A stretch of 64,000 nt of DNA from contig CAVQJC010000011.1 of NCBI GenBank assembly GCA_963712745.1, forward strand, positions 337,241 to 401,240, given 5' to 3'. The translations under genes were made by a program, and so were the position numbers. The DNA comes from an uncultured Chloroflexia bacterium (GTDB lineage: Bacteria; Chloroflexota; Limnocylindria; Limnocylindrales; CSP1-4). Positions 28,321 through 38,703 of this stretch are shown here, piece by piece (positions within the stretch are counted from its first letter, which is position 1; the number at the start of each line of letters is the position of its first letter). The notes below the pieces were generated by a model. The model was given only the letters and a program-made list of their open reading frames with translations. It was not told where the DNA came from and ran no database searches.

Positions 28321-30505
28321 ATGTCTAGGATCATCGCCAGCGCCGCCATCCGCGGGGCGCATGAGTACGTCCAGGAGGCTGAAGACAGCCTTAACGCCAC
28401 CCTCGAATCGAGCGGCGGAGCGACGAAGCTGGAGTTCCCCAACACCGCCTTCTACCTGCCGCTGACCTATGCCCTGACCGGGCTGGACGTCAAGACCGTC
28501 GAGGAGGCCCGGGTTCCCCTGGGGATCGCCAGGGACCTGCTGGCGCCGGTCCCCAGCGATGAGACGTGGTTGCCCTATCTGGGTGACACCCTCGACTCAG
28601 GGATCGCGGCTCTCATCGCCGAAGAGATCATCGAGGCGCTGCGCTATGCCAACGGCTCGCCACCCAACGGCATCTACCTGGGCTTCACGGACGACTCCAT
28701 CCTGCGCACCCAGGGCATCAAGCTCGTTGATGGTCGGATGCCCGGGTTCGCGGCCTGTGTGGGCGCGATGCCCACCAATGAGGCGGCCGTGAAGCTGGCT
28801 CGCGAGCTGCAGGAGCGCAACATCCTGGCCTTCATCTCGAGCAGCAGCGATGGTCGCAGCATGGCCGAGCAGCTCGACGAGGAAGGCGTCGAGATGAGCT
28901 GGGACACCTACCTGGTGCCCTACGGCAAGGAGACCAGCACCACGGTCCACGCGCTCAACTTCGCGGCCCGCGCGGCCATGACGTTCGGCGGGCTGGCTCC
29001 GGGCGATCTGGCCAAGGCCCGCCGCATCCTGCTCTACAACAAGGAACGCGTCTTCGCCTTCGTGCTTGCGCTGGGCGAGGTCGACGACCGCAAGTACGCG
29101 ACTGCCGCGGGAGCCATCAACTTCGGGTTCCCGGTCATCGCGGACACGGACATCCCGGAGATCCTGCCCAGCGGCATCTGCACCTATGAGCACGTCGTCA
29201 GCAACGTCCCCGACGACCGGCTCGTCAACAAGGCCATCGAGGTCCGTGGCCTCAAGCTCAAGATCACCAAGATCCCCATCCCGGTCTCCTATAGCGCCGC
29301 CTTCGAGGGCGAGCGCGTCCGCAAGGAACAACTGCAGGTCGAGTTCGGCCGTGGCACACAGGCCTTCGAGTACCTGCGCGCTCGCGAGCTCGATGAGATC
29401 GAGGACGGGCATGTCGAGCTCATCGGACCCGACCTCGACACCGCGGAGCCGGGTGGAGCGATGCCGCTGGGCATCCTCATCGAGGTCGCCGGGCGCAAGC
29501 TGCAGAAGGACTTCGAGCCCATCCTCGAGCGCAACGTCCACCGTTTCATCAACGGCGCCATGGGCGTGATGCACATCGGCCAGCGCGACCAGCCCTGGAT
29601 CCGCATGTCGGACGAAGCCTTCAAGGCCGGCCTCCGGCTCCGCGACTTCGGGACCATCCTCCATGCCAAGTATCTCGAGGAGTTCCCGGCCATCGTCGAC
29701 AAGGTCTCGGTCACGCTCATCACGGAGCCCAGCCGCATCGATGAGGTTCTCGAGGGCGCGCGGGTGGTCTGGAACGAGCGCGATGCCCGTGTCGCCGGCA
29801 TGACCGACGAGACCATCGACATCTTCTACTCCTGCACGCTGTGCCAGTCATATGCACCCAACCACGTCTGCATCATCTCGCCCGAGCGCCTCGGACTGTG
29901 CGGCGCCTACAACTGGCTCGACGGCAAGGTCAGCCACGAGATCAACCCCAGCGGCCCCAACCAGCCGATCGAGAAGGGCGCCGTCCTCGACGAATCGCTG
30001 GGCATCTTCAAGAACATCAACGACTTCGTCTACGCCACCTCCAACAAGACGGTCGAGCAGGTCAGCCTCTACTCGATGATGACCGCGCCGATGACCTCAT
30101 GCGGCTGCTTCGAGTGCATCATGGGTGTCGCTCCCGAGGCCAATGGCGTGGTCGTGGTCAATCGCGAGTATCCCGACATCACGCCCCTGGGCATGTCGCT
30201 TCAGCACCCTGGCCGGGCTGGTCGGCGGTGGCATCCAGACCCCGGGCTTCCTGGGTGTCGGGCGGCTCTACCTGGCGAGTCACAAGTTCATTCCCGCCGA
30301 CGGCGGGCTGGAACGCCTCGTCTGGATGCCCAAGGAGCTCAAGGACGACCTGCGCGACAAGCTCGAGGAGCGCGCGGTCGAGATCGGCGACGAGGCCTTC
30401 GTCGACAAGATCGGCGATGAGACCGTCGCTACCACGGCCGAGGAGCTGGTGGCGTTCCTCGAGAAGGTCGGACATCCGGCCCTCAAGATGCCATCGATCC
30501 TCTGA
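28321..30505 (+). CDS. acsB: Acetyl-CoA synthase (bacterial type), with a +1 frameshift at ~30199
   Basis: FPNTAFYLP, CTLCQSYAPNHVC, LCGA and PMTSCGCFEC. The C-terminus (FSTLAG..GGGIQTPGF..WMPKELK) continues in another frame to 30505. Confidence 0.93.
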
Positions 30506-30522
30506 GCAAGGAGAGCCACACC

Positions 30523-31881
30523 ATGCCCATGACGGCCCTCGATATCTACAAGGTCCTTCCGCAGACCAACTGCGGCGATTGCGGTGTGCCGACCTGCCTT
30601 GCCTTCGCCATGCAGCTGGCCACGAAGAAGGCAGGTATCGATGACTGCCCCCATGCGACCGACGAGGCCAAGGCAGCACTGGCCGGTGCCGAGGCCCCGC
30701 CCATCCGCTTGGTCAGCGTGGGTCCTGAAGCGCAGTGCATCGTCATGGGCAAGGAGACGGTGTTCTTCCGCCACGAGGAGACCTTCTACCACCCCACGGC
30801 GCTGGCCGTCCGCGTCCGCTCCGACAAGCCCGAGGATGAGCTGCGAACCGCCCTCGAGCGGGTCAAGGCCCTGGTCTTCGACCGCGTCGGCCAGTACGTC
30901 CGCGTGGAACTGGTGGCCATCGAAGACGCCGACGGCAACGCCGACCGCTTCGCCGCCGCCGCGGCCATGGCCAGCGAGATGGAGCTGGGCCTGGTGCTCG
31001 TCAGCCCCTCGCCGGCCGTCATCGAGGCGGCCCTCCCCGGGCTCGCCGGACAGCGGCCCTTGCTGGACGCGGCCACGACCGAGTCCTGGGAGGCCATGAC
31101 GGCGCTGGCCAAGGCCCACGGCTGCCCCTTGGTCGTCCGTGGACAGGACATGGACGATCTGGCCGAGTTGACCGCGAAGGTCGCCGGCCTGGGCGTGACC
31201 GACCTGGTCATCGACAGCGGCGCCCGTGGCCTGGCGCCCACCCTGCGCGATCTCACCCAGATCCGGCGCCTGGCCCTTCGTCGCCGGTTCAAGCCGATGG
31301 GCTATCCGGCTCTGGCGGTCGTGACCGCCGAGGATGCCATCGACCAGGTCACCCAGGCAGCCGCCTACATCAGCAAGTACGCGGCGCTGGTCTACGTCGA
31401 TGAGCTGGAGCCGTGGCAGGCGCTGGCCATGGTCACGGTCCGCCAGAACATCTACACCGATCCGCAGAAGCCCATCCAGGTCGAGCCTGGTCTGACCACC
31501 ATCGGCACGCCCGACGCGTCGTCACCCGTGCTGGTCACCACCAACTTCTCGCTCACCTACTTCACCGTCGAGGCCGATGTCGAGAGCAGTCACGTCCCCG
31601 CCTGGGTCGTGGTCGTCGACACCGAGGGCCAATCGGTGATGACGGCCTGGGCAGCCGACAGGTTCAGTGCTGAGACCATCGCCAAGGCCCTGGAAACCTC
31701 GGCCGTGGCCGAGAAGGTCGACCACAAGCGCTGCATCATTCCCGGCGGCGTGGCCGCGATCAGCGGCAAGCTCGAGGAAGCCAGCGGCTGGGAGGTCACG
31801 GTCGGACCGCGCGAATCGGCTGGTATCCCGGCGTTCATGCGCACGAAGTGGCGCCAGCCGGAGCCGGTCGTCAGCAGCTGA
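30523..31881 (+). CDS. acsC: Corrinoid Fe-S protein large subunit
   Basis: LPQTNCGDCGVPTCLAFA, FRHEETF, RQNIYTDPQKP, TTNFSLTYF and GPRES. Confidence 0.95.
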   Translation: MPMTALDIYKVLPQTNCGDCGVPTCLAFAMQLATKKAGIDDCPHATDEAKAALAGAEAPPIRLVSVGPEAQCIVMGKETVFFRHEETFYHPTALAVRVRSDKPEDELRTALERVKALVFDRVGQYVRVELVAIEDADGNADRFAAAAAMASEMELGLVLVSPSPAVIEAALPGLAGQRPLLDAATTESWEAMTALAKAHGCPLVVRGQDMDDLAELTAKVAGLGVTDLVIDSGARGLAPTLRDLTQIRRLALRRRFKPMGYPALAVVTAEDAIDQVTQAAAYISKYAALVYVDELEPWQALAMVTVRQNIYTDPQKPIQVEPGLTTIGTPDASSPVLVTTNFSLTYFTVEADVESSHVPAWVVVVDTEGQSVMTAWAADRFSAETIAKALETSAVAEKVDHKRCIIPGGVAAISGKLEEASGWEVTVGPRESAGIPAFMRTKWRQPEPVVSS

Positions 31882-33812
31882 GCGACCAGCTGTGGCCACG
31901 CGCGCATGTCACCTTCCTGCCCGATGCGGAGACAGCGGATGTAGAGCCAGGCACGACGCTCTTGGATGCGGCCGTCGCCTCCGGCCTGCCCCTGGACGGG
32001 GAATGCGGCGGACAGGGCATCTGTCACCGCTGCGCGGTGACCGTGTTGGGTGGCCATGTCGAGGCCTTGGAGGGCGGTCCCCCGAGCATCGTCAACGACC
32101 GTGTCCTGGCGTGCCGCACGGTCGTCCGTGGGGACGTCACAGTGGACGTGCCGCCGACCTCGCGCATCGAAGGACTGGAGATCCTCACTGGTGCCGATCG
32201 AGCCGCCGGGATCCTGGCTGCGTCCGGCGAACTGCCCGAAGTCCCCGCACTCGACTTCGAGGACTACCCGCTCGACCCGCTCGCGGTGGCCCTGCCGATG
32301 ACCCTGCCGCGACCGACCATCGACGATGCGTCGAGTGACCTGGGGCTGCTCCGCCGCGAGCTGCGCCGCGATCACGGCATCGGCGAGCTGGCCGTCCCGC
32401 TGTCGGTGCTGCGCAGGCTGCCACATCGGATCCGGGCCTCGGGCCGGCTGGTCACGGCGGTCCTGGCGCGTTGCGACGGGAACCACGAGCTCTTGGACCT
32501 GATGGTCGGGCGCGAGGGCCATCCCATCTTCGGCCTGGCCGTGGATATCGGCACGACCACGGTCGTGGTCCACCTCGTCGATCTGGCCTCGGGCAAGAGC
32601 GTCGGTGTCGCCGCGGCCCTCAACAGCCAGGTGGCCCACGGCGAGGACGTCATCACGCGCATCATCCACGCTGGCGAGCCCGGAGGCCTTGACCAGCTCC
32701 GCTCCGGCATCGTCGACGAGATCAACGTGCTCGTGGGCAGCCTGGCCCTGGCGCACCACGTGAACCGCCACGAGATCGTCGCTGCGGTCGTGGCTGGAAA
32801 CACCACGATGATCCACCTCTTCCTGGGCCTGCCGCCGGCCGAGATCCGACGTGAGCCCTACGTCCCGGTGGCCACGGCGCCGCTCATCTACCACGCCGGC
32901 GACATCGGCCTGCGCATCCATGCTCGCGCCGTGGTCGCCTGCATGCCCGGCAGCGGCAGCTACGTGGGCGGCGACATCAGCGCGGACGTGCTCGCCTCCG
33001 GCATGGACCGGCGGCCGGAGCTGGCCATGCTCATCGACGCGGGCACCAACGGCGAGACGGTCATCGGAAACCGCGACTTCCTCGTCTGTTGTGCCTGTTC
33101 GGCCGGACCTGCCTTCGAGGGTGGCGGGACGTCATGCGGCATGCGCGCGGCACAGGGTGCCATCTCCCACTTCGAGCTGGCCCCCGGCGGGAGCCTCGCC
33201 TACCAGACCATCGGCGGGGTGCCGCCGCGCGGCATCTGCGGCTCGGGCCTCGTCGAGCTGCTGGCCGAGCTGCTCCGCGCTGGTGTGCTCGATCGCTCGG
33301 GTCGTCTGCGAGCCGGTGCTCACGCCGTCCGCGACGGCGAGGCCGGGTTGGAGGCGCTCGTGGCCCCGGGGCCCGACACGGCGACAGGAGAGGACATCGT
33401 CCTGTCCGAGACCGACCTCGAGACTCTCCTGCGCTCCAAGGCGGCGGTATACGCGGGAGCCTCGGTCCTGGTCCGCCGGCTGGGTATCGATATGGCTGAG
33501 ATCGAGCGCATCTACGTGGCCGGTGGTTTCGGCACCTCGCTCGACGTCGAGAAGGCCATGCTCATCGGACTGCTACCCGACGTGCCTGTCGAGCGCGTGA
33601 CCTTCATCGGCAACGGATCGGTGACCGGGGCGCGCATGGCACTCCTCTCCCGCGAGGCCTGGCGGCGGGCGGCCGACGTGGCCGAGATGATGACGTATCG
33701 CGATCTCTCCGCCGACGGCTCCTTCATGGACGAGTACGTGGGGGCGCTGTTCCTGCCACACACCGACAGCGACCGGTTCCCGCGAGCGCACGCCGCGCTC
33801 GGGATCGGATGA
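31848..33812 (+). CDS. acsV: ASKHA-type reductive activator of corrinoid proteins (RACo/AcsV)
   Basis: N-terminal 2Fe-2S CGGQGICHRC, DIGTTT, YVGGDI, DAGTNGE, AGPAFEG and GICGSG. Start uncertain (31848-31878). Confidence 0.9.
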   Translation: MAPAGAGRQQLSDQLWPRAHVTFLPDAETADVEPGTTLLDAAVASGLPLDGECGGQGICHRCAVTVLGGHVEALEGGPPSIVNDRVLACRTVVRGDVTVDVPPTSRIEGLEILTGADRAAGILAASGELPEVPALDFEDYPLDPLAVALPMTLPRPTIDDASSDLGLLRRELRRDHGIGELAVPLSVLRRLPHRIRASGRLVTAVLARCDGNHELLDLMVGREGHPIFGLAVDIGTTTVVVHLVDLASGKSVGVAAALNSQVAHGEDVITRIIHAGEPGGLDQLRSGIVDEINVLVGSLALAHHVNRHEIVAAVVAGNTTMIHLFLGLPPAEIRREPYVPVATAPLIYHAGDIGLRIHARAVVACMPGSGSYVGGDISADVLASGMDRRPELAMLIDAGTNGETVIGNRDFLVCCACSAGPAFEGGGTSCGMRAAQGAISHFELAPGGSLAYQTIGGVPPRGICGSGLVELLAELLRAGVLDRSGRLRAGAHAVRDGEAGLEALVAPGPDTATGEDIVLSETDLETLLRSKAAVYAGASVLVRRLGIDMAEIERIYVAGGFGTSLDVEKAMLIGLLPDVPVERVTFIGNGSVTGARMALLSREAWRRAADVAEMMTYRDLSADGSFMDEYVGALFLPHTDSDRFPRAHAALGIG

Positions 33813-33822
33813 GGAGGATGGG

Positions 33823-34584
33823 ATGGCCCGAGTGATCGCACTGGCAGGCAAGGGAGGCACCGGCAAGACGACCATCGCCGGGCTCATCGTGCGGGCACTG
33901 CGCCGGAACGGTCACGGTCCGGTCCTGGCTGTCGACGCCGATCCCAACAGCTGCCTCGACGTGGCCATCGGCCTCACCGCGGACAAGACCGTGTCGGACG
34001 TGCTCGACCAGACGCGCGGCTTGCGGGACGTGCCCGGGAACATGCCCAAGCCGACGTACGTCGAGTACCAGCTCGAGCACTGCCTGGCGGAGGGTCGTGG
34101 CGTGGACCTCATCGTCATGGGCCGCCCCGAGGGAGCCGAGTGCTACTGCTCGGCCAACCAGATGCTGCGCACGTTCCTGGACCGCATGATCGACAGCTAC
34201 CCCACCGTGGTCGTGGACAACGAGGCAGGCATGGAGCACCTCAGCCGGCGGACGACCCGGGACGTCGACCTGCTGTTGGTCGTCAGTGACGCCACGCTGG
34301 CCGGTGCCCGGGCCTCGCGTCGCATCGCCGATCTGGTGGGCGAGCTCGAGCTGCCCGTCAAACGCATCGCCGTCGTCGTCGACGGAGCTGAGGAGCTGGC
34401 CGATCCCGTGGCCGAGATCCTGACCGACGACGGCCTGCGACTGGCCGGCTTCGTGCCCCACGACCCGCTCATCGTCGAGAGGGAGCTGGCCGCCGCGTCG
34501 CTTCTCGAGCTACCTGATGACGCGCCGGCGGTCCAGGCCGTCGAGGAGATGCTGGTCCGAGAGCTGACAGACGAGCCGTCATGA
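33823..34584 (+). CDS. acsF: CooC-like nickel-insertion ATPase for ACS (AcsF/CooC2)
   Basis: GKGGTGKTT, DADPN, MGRPEGAECYC and DNEAGMEHLSRR. Confidence 0.9.
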   Translation: MARVIALAGKGGTGKTTIAGLIVRALRRNGHGPVLAVDADPNSCLDVAIGLTADKTVSDVLDQTRGLRDVPGNMPKPTYVEYQLEHCLAEGRGVDLIVMGRPEGAECYCSANQMLRTFLDRMIDSYPTVVVDNEAGMEHLSRRTTRDVDLLLVVSDATLAGARASRRIADLVGELELPVKRIAVVVDGAEELADPVAEILTDDGLRLAGFVPHDPLIVERELAAASLLELPDDAPAVQAVEEMLVRELTDEPS

Positions 34585-35192
34585 CGACCTACGGCCCCGC
34601 GATCGAGCGGCTCGTCGATGAGCTGGGCCGGCACGACCACGACGAGCTGGTGGAGCGGAGCGGTGCCGGTTCGCCGGCTCCGGATCGCATCGCCGTTCGC
34701 TGCCTGGGCCAGGACTACCTGATCACCTACCCCGAGGGTGAGGTATCGACCGCCTCCGGTGAGCCGGTAGACGAGCATCTTGCCATCCTCCTCCTGCTCT
34801 ATCTCACCGAGGCCGGCGGCCGTCTGCTTGAGGGTCGCTGGATCGCTTTCGAGCAGATATCGGGAGGTGCCGGCTACGTCGGCTCGTTCCGTGGTCGCGT
34901 CATGGGTCCGCTCCTGCGTACCTTCGGCCAGCGGCCCGAGGCGCTCCGGCAGGCCGCGGCAGGGCTGGACGGCTCGTCACTGGACATGGGTGACGCCGCC
35001 GTGGCCCTCGCGGCGCTCCCCCGGGTGCCCATCGCCTTCGTCCTCTGGCGCGGCGACGACGAATTCGCACCGAGCGCATCGGTGGTCTTTGACGCCTCGG
35101 TGGAAGGCTACCTCGATGCCGAGGCCGTGACCGTCCTCGCCGAGCTGGCTACCCGTCGCATGATCGAGGCCGCAGGGAGCGGCACCAGTTAG
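34581..35192 (+). CDS. DUF3786-family protein
   Basis: LLLYL..A, WIAF, LPRVP..FVLWRGDDEF..SASVVFD pattern. Confidence 0.75.
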   Translation: MTTYGPAIERLVDELGRHDHDELVERSGAGSPAPDRIAVRCLGQDYLITYPEGEVSTASGEPVDEHLAILLLLYLTEAGGRLLEGRWIAFEQISGGAGYVGSFRGRVMGPLLRTFGQRPEALRQAAAGLDGSSLDMGDAAVALAALPRVPIAFVLWRGDDEFAPSASVVFDASVEGYLDAEAVTVLAELATRRMIEAAGSGTS

Positions 35193-35203
35193 GGAGGACT
35201 CGC

Positions 35204-36175
35204 ATGACCGTCGAGCTGATGCACGAGACCTGGCCAGGTGTGATCGGCACCGTCACCATCGGCGCCACGCCCGACGATGGCGGTACCCGCGGATCCACCG
35301 TCACGGTGGGCGGGCATGCCGCGCTGCCCTTCCGAGACGAGGATGCCCCCAGTCTCCATCCACCCGTGGTCGCACTCCAGGTCTTCGATAGAGAACCGGA
35401 CTGGCCGGATCATCTGAAGGGACCACTGGCCGACGTGCTCGGCTCGCCGGCCGATTGGGCGCGTATGGGCGTGGAGACGCTGGGCGTCGACCTTGTCTTC
35501 CTGCGGCTCATGTCGGTCCATCCCGAATGGGGCGCCGGGTCCGTCGACGACGCGGTCAGCACGGTGCGCTCGGTGCTGGAAGCCGTCGACGTACCCCTCA
35601 TCATCGCGGGCTGTGGCGACGCCGATGCGGACAACGACCTCTGGCCGCGTGTCACCGAGGCGACCCGGGGCGAGAACTGCCTGGTGGGTGTGGGAGATCC
35701 CGACAACTACAAGACGCTGGTGGTCGCCTGCATGGCCGACGGGCACAGCGTCCTCGCCTACGCGCCGATCGACGTCAACATCCAGAAGCAACTGACGATC
35801 TTGATGACCGAGATGGGACTGCCAGCGGAGCGCATCGTCATGTTTCCCGGCGACGCCTCGCTCGGCTACGGCATCGAGTACGAGTACTCGATCATGGAGC
35901 GTATCCGCCTCGCTGCGCTGCAGGGCGACGCGATGCTGTCACGGCCGGTCATCGCCGTGGTCGGTGAACAGGCCTGGAAGGCCAAGGAGGCTCGCCTCGC
36001 CGAGGACGAAATGCCCGAGTGGGGCGACGCTTCGAAGCGCGGCCCTGCGTGGGAGGCGGCCACGGCCGCCCTGTACCTGCAGTCGGGGGCGGACATCGTG
36101 GCCCTGCTCCACCCGGACGCGGTCAGGAGCACCCAGCGAACCATCGCCGAGCTGGTCGGGACACCGGCCGAATAG
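35204..36175 (+). CDS. acsD: Corrinoid Fe-S protein small subunit
   Basis: VTVGG...LPF, PIDVNIQKQL, LGYGIEY and MERIRLAALQGD. Confidence 0.93.
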   Translation: MTVELMHETWPGVIGTVTIGATPDDGGTRGSTVTVGGHAALPFRDEDAPSLHPPVVALQVFDREPDWPDHLKGPLADVLGSPADWARMGVETLGVDLVFLRLMSVHPEWGAGSVDDAVSTVRSVLEAVDVPLIIAGCGDADADNDLWPRVTEATRGENCLVGVGDPDNYKTLVVACMADGHSVLAYAPIDVNIQKQLTILMTEMGLPAERIVMFPGDASLGYGIEYEYSIMERIRLAALQGDAMLSRPVIAVVGEQAWKAKEARLAEDEMPEWGDASKRGPAWEAATAALYLQSGADIVALLHPDAVRSTQRTIAELVGTPAE

Positions 36176-36186
36176 GGGGGAATGCC

Positions 36187-36999
36187 ATGTTCATCATCGG
36201 AGAACGCATCAACGGCATGTTCAAGGTGGTGGCCAAGGCCATCGCCGAGCATGACGCCGAGACGATCGCGGACCTGGCCCGGCGACAGGTGGCGGCCGGC
36301 GCGCGGGCGCTTGACATCAACACCGGCCCCACCGAGGGCGATCCGGTCGAGGTCATGCGCTGGCTGGTCGAGACCGTCGAGGACGCCGTGGAGGTTCCCG
36401 TGGCCATCGACACGCCCAAGCAGGCCGTGCTGGAGTCGGGCCTGAAGGCCGCCCGCCGGCCGCCCATCATCAACTCCACGACCGGGGCCAAGGAGCGGCT
36501 CGACGCCCAGTTGCCCCTGGCCGTGGAGTACAACGCCGGCCTCATCGGCTTGAGCATCGACGAGCGGGGTATCCCGCGCAACGCGGAGGCACGGGCGGAG
36601 ATCGCCCTGACCATCGTCGCTCGCGCTATGGAGGCCGGCCTGCCGACCGACCGGCTCTACCTCGATCCCATCGTGCTGCCCGTCAGCGCAGCACAGGATC
36701 AGTGCGCTGCCGCGCTCACGGCCATCGGGACCTTCCGCCAGCTGAGCGATCCGCCCCCCAACATCGTCATCGGCCTGAGCAACGTCTCGCAGGGAGCGGT
36801 GGACCGCAGCCTGGTCAACCGCACCTACCTGGTGATGGCCATGGCCATGGGCGTCAACGCGGCCATCCTCGACCCCTTCGATCGTGAGCTCATGGCTGCC
36901 CAGCGGACAGCCGGCCTCCTGCTCAATCAGGAGATCTACGCGGAGAACTACCTCGAGACGACGAGCCCCGCGCTCGCCACCGCCAGCCGTGCTGGCTGA
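36187..36999 (+). CDS. acsE: Methyl-THF:corrinoid Fe-S protein methyltransferase
   Basis: MFIIGERINGMF, LDINTGP, IINSTT, GLSNVSQ and NRTYLVM. Confidence 0.94.
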   Translation: MFIIGERINGMFKVVAKAIAEHDAETIADLARRQVAAGARALDINTGPTEGDPVEVMRWLVETVEDAVEVPVAIDTPKQAVLESGLKAARRPPIINSTTGAKERLDAQLPLAVEYNAGLIGLSIDERGIPRNAEARAEIALTIVARAMEAGLPTDRLYLDPIVLPVSAAQDQCAAALTAIGTFRQLSDPPPNIVIGLSNVSQGAVDRSLVNRTYLVMAMAMGVNAAILDPFDRELMAAQRTAGLLLNQEIYAENYLETTSPALATASRAG

Positions 37000-37074
37000 G
37001 CGCGTACGTGCTGGAAGCCGTGCCCGGGTGGGGCAGTGCCGGCGACCTTCGCCGCAGGCGTGTGAGGTGAGGAG

Positions 37075-38703
37075 ATGACGATGGCTACGATCACTGCCCG
37101 ACCGTCACTGCGGGAACGGATGGCGGACCCCGATACCTTCCTGACCATCGTCGAGCTGGTGCCCTGGCGAGGCGTGCTCGACGACGACCTTGGCCGTCGT
37201 GCGCGCACTGCAGCCGAGTCGCTGGCCGGTGACCCCGCCATCGACGCCATCAGCGTCACCGACAACGCCGGTGGCCATGCCATGGCCAGCCCGGACGTGC
37301 TCGGTCACGAGATCGCGGCACGCGGCAGTGAGGCCATCGTGCATGTCGCCTGCCGCGACCGCAACCGCAACGAGCTTCTGAGCATCGGCTGGCGGTTGGC
37401 TTCCGAGGGTCTGAACAACCTGCTCGTGCTCTCGGGCGACTACCCCACCGAGGGCTACCACGGCCTGGCTCAGCCGGTCTTCGACATCGACTCGGTGGTG
37501 CTCCTGCAGATGTACTCCGAGGTGGCGCGGGGTCAGTCTCCCATCGAAGACGTCCGCGGCCAGGGCGGAGGCGCGAGCGATATCGGGTGCCGCCCATTGC
37601 CGCTCTTCCTGGGCGCCGTCGTCAGCCCCTTCAAGCGCTTCGAACGAGAACTGGTTCCGCAGTATCAGAAACTCGAGCTGAAGATCCGTTCGGGCGCGGA
37701 GTTCATCATCGGCCAGGTCGGCTACGACGCGCGGCGGCAGGCCGAGCTGCTTCAGTGGATGACACTGCGCGGCTTGGAACGGCCGGTCCTGTCCAACATC
37801 TACCTGCTCACTCGGACGGTGGCGCGTATCTTCCACGCCGGCAAGGTCCCCGGCGTGTCACTGACCGATGAGCTCCTCGAGCTCTGTGAGAAGCAGGGCA
37901 GCAGCCCGGACAAGGGCAAGTCCTTCTTCCGGGAGTTCGCGGCCAAGCAGGTGGCGATCGCACGTGGGCTGGGGTGTGCGGGCGCCTACCTGGGCGGCAT
38001 CACCCGAGCCGAGGACGTGGGTGCCATCCGTGAGCTTGCTGATAGCTTCGGGCCCGAAGACTGGCACGCCTTCGCCCGTGAGATCCAGTTCTCGCCAGCC
38101 GACCAGTTCGAGCTCCTGGAGACCGATCCCCGGACCGGCTTGCCAACGGACAGGCTGGACCCGGCATACGCCCGATCACTCGAGCTGACGGCGCGTCGAG
38201 CCGCACGGCGCCACGTGCCCTGGACGTACAAGGTCAACCGCCTCGCTCACGACGCGGTCTTCGATCCCGAGGCCGTGCTATACCCTGCGGCCGGTCGCTT
38301 CTATTCGGCCGCCGAGCGCTGGCGCCTGGGCTGGCCGCTCCACGTCTTCGAGCAGGCCGTGAAGATCCCGCTGTACGACTGTCGCGACTGCGGCGACTGC
38401 TCGTTGCCGGACGTGGCGTATCTCTGCCCCGAGTCGCACTGCTCCAAGAACCAGCGCAACGGGCCCTGTGGCGGCTCGCATGATGGCGAATGCGAGGTCG
38501 CCGGGAAGTCATGCGTGTGGGCGCAAGCCTACGATCGTCTCAAGCCATACGGAGAGGAGGACGCCATCCTCCACCGTCCGATCGTCGTGGCCGACAACGC
38601 GCTGCGCCGGACGAGCGCGTGGGCCAATACATTCCTCGGCCGTGACCATGCGGCCGAGGACGGCGTTGCGGCGTCCCAGCCAATGCGGGCAGCTGCTCGC
38701 TAG
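37075..38703 (+). CDS. metF: Methylene-THF reductase MetF with fused C-terminal MetV-like Cys-rich domain (paralog 1)
   Basis: VTDN, HVACRDRN, LSGDYP and KIRSGAEFIIGQ. C-terminal CRDCGDC..CPESHCSKNQRNGPCGG..CEV..CVW. Confidence 0.88.
   Translation: MTMATITARPSLRERMADPDTFLTIVELVPWRGVLDDDLGRRARTAAESLAGDPAIDAISVTDNAGGHAMASPDVLGHEIAARGSEAIVHVACRDRNRNELLSIGWRLASEGLNNLLVLSGDYPTEGYHGLAQPVFDIDSVVLLQMYSEVARGQSPIEDVRGQGGGASDIGCRPLPLFLGAVVSPFKRFERELVPQYQKLELKIRSGAEFIIGQVGYDARRQAELLQWMTLRGLERPVLSNIYLLTRTVARIFHAGKVPGVSLTDELLELCEKQGSSPDKGKSFFREFAAKQVAIARGLGCAGAYLGGITRAEDVGAIRELADSFGPEDWHAFAREIQFSPADQFELLETDPRTGLPTDRLDPAYARSLELTARRAARRHVPWTYKVNRLAHDAVFDPEAVLYPAAGRFYSAAERWRLGWPLHVFEQAVKIPLYDCRDCGDCSLPDVAYLCPESHCSKNQRNGPCGGSHDGECEVAGKSCVWAQAYDRLKPYGEEDAILHRPIVVADNALRRTSAWANTFLGRDHAAEDGVAASQPMRAAAR

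Noticed and set aside
16780-30210. Programmed frameshifting in ntpI or acsB
   Set aside because: There are no slippery sequences, and the same kind of indel occurs in unrelated genes.
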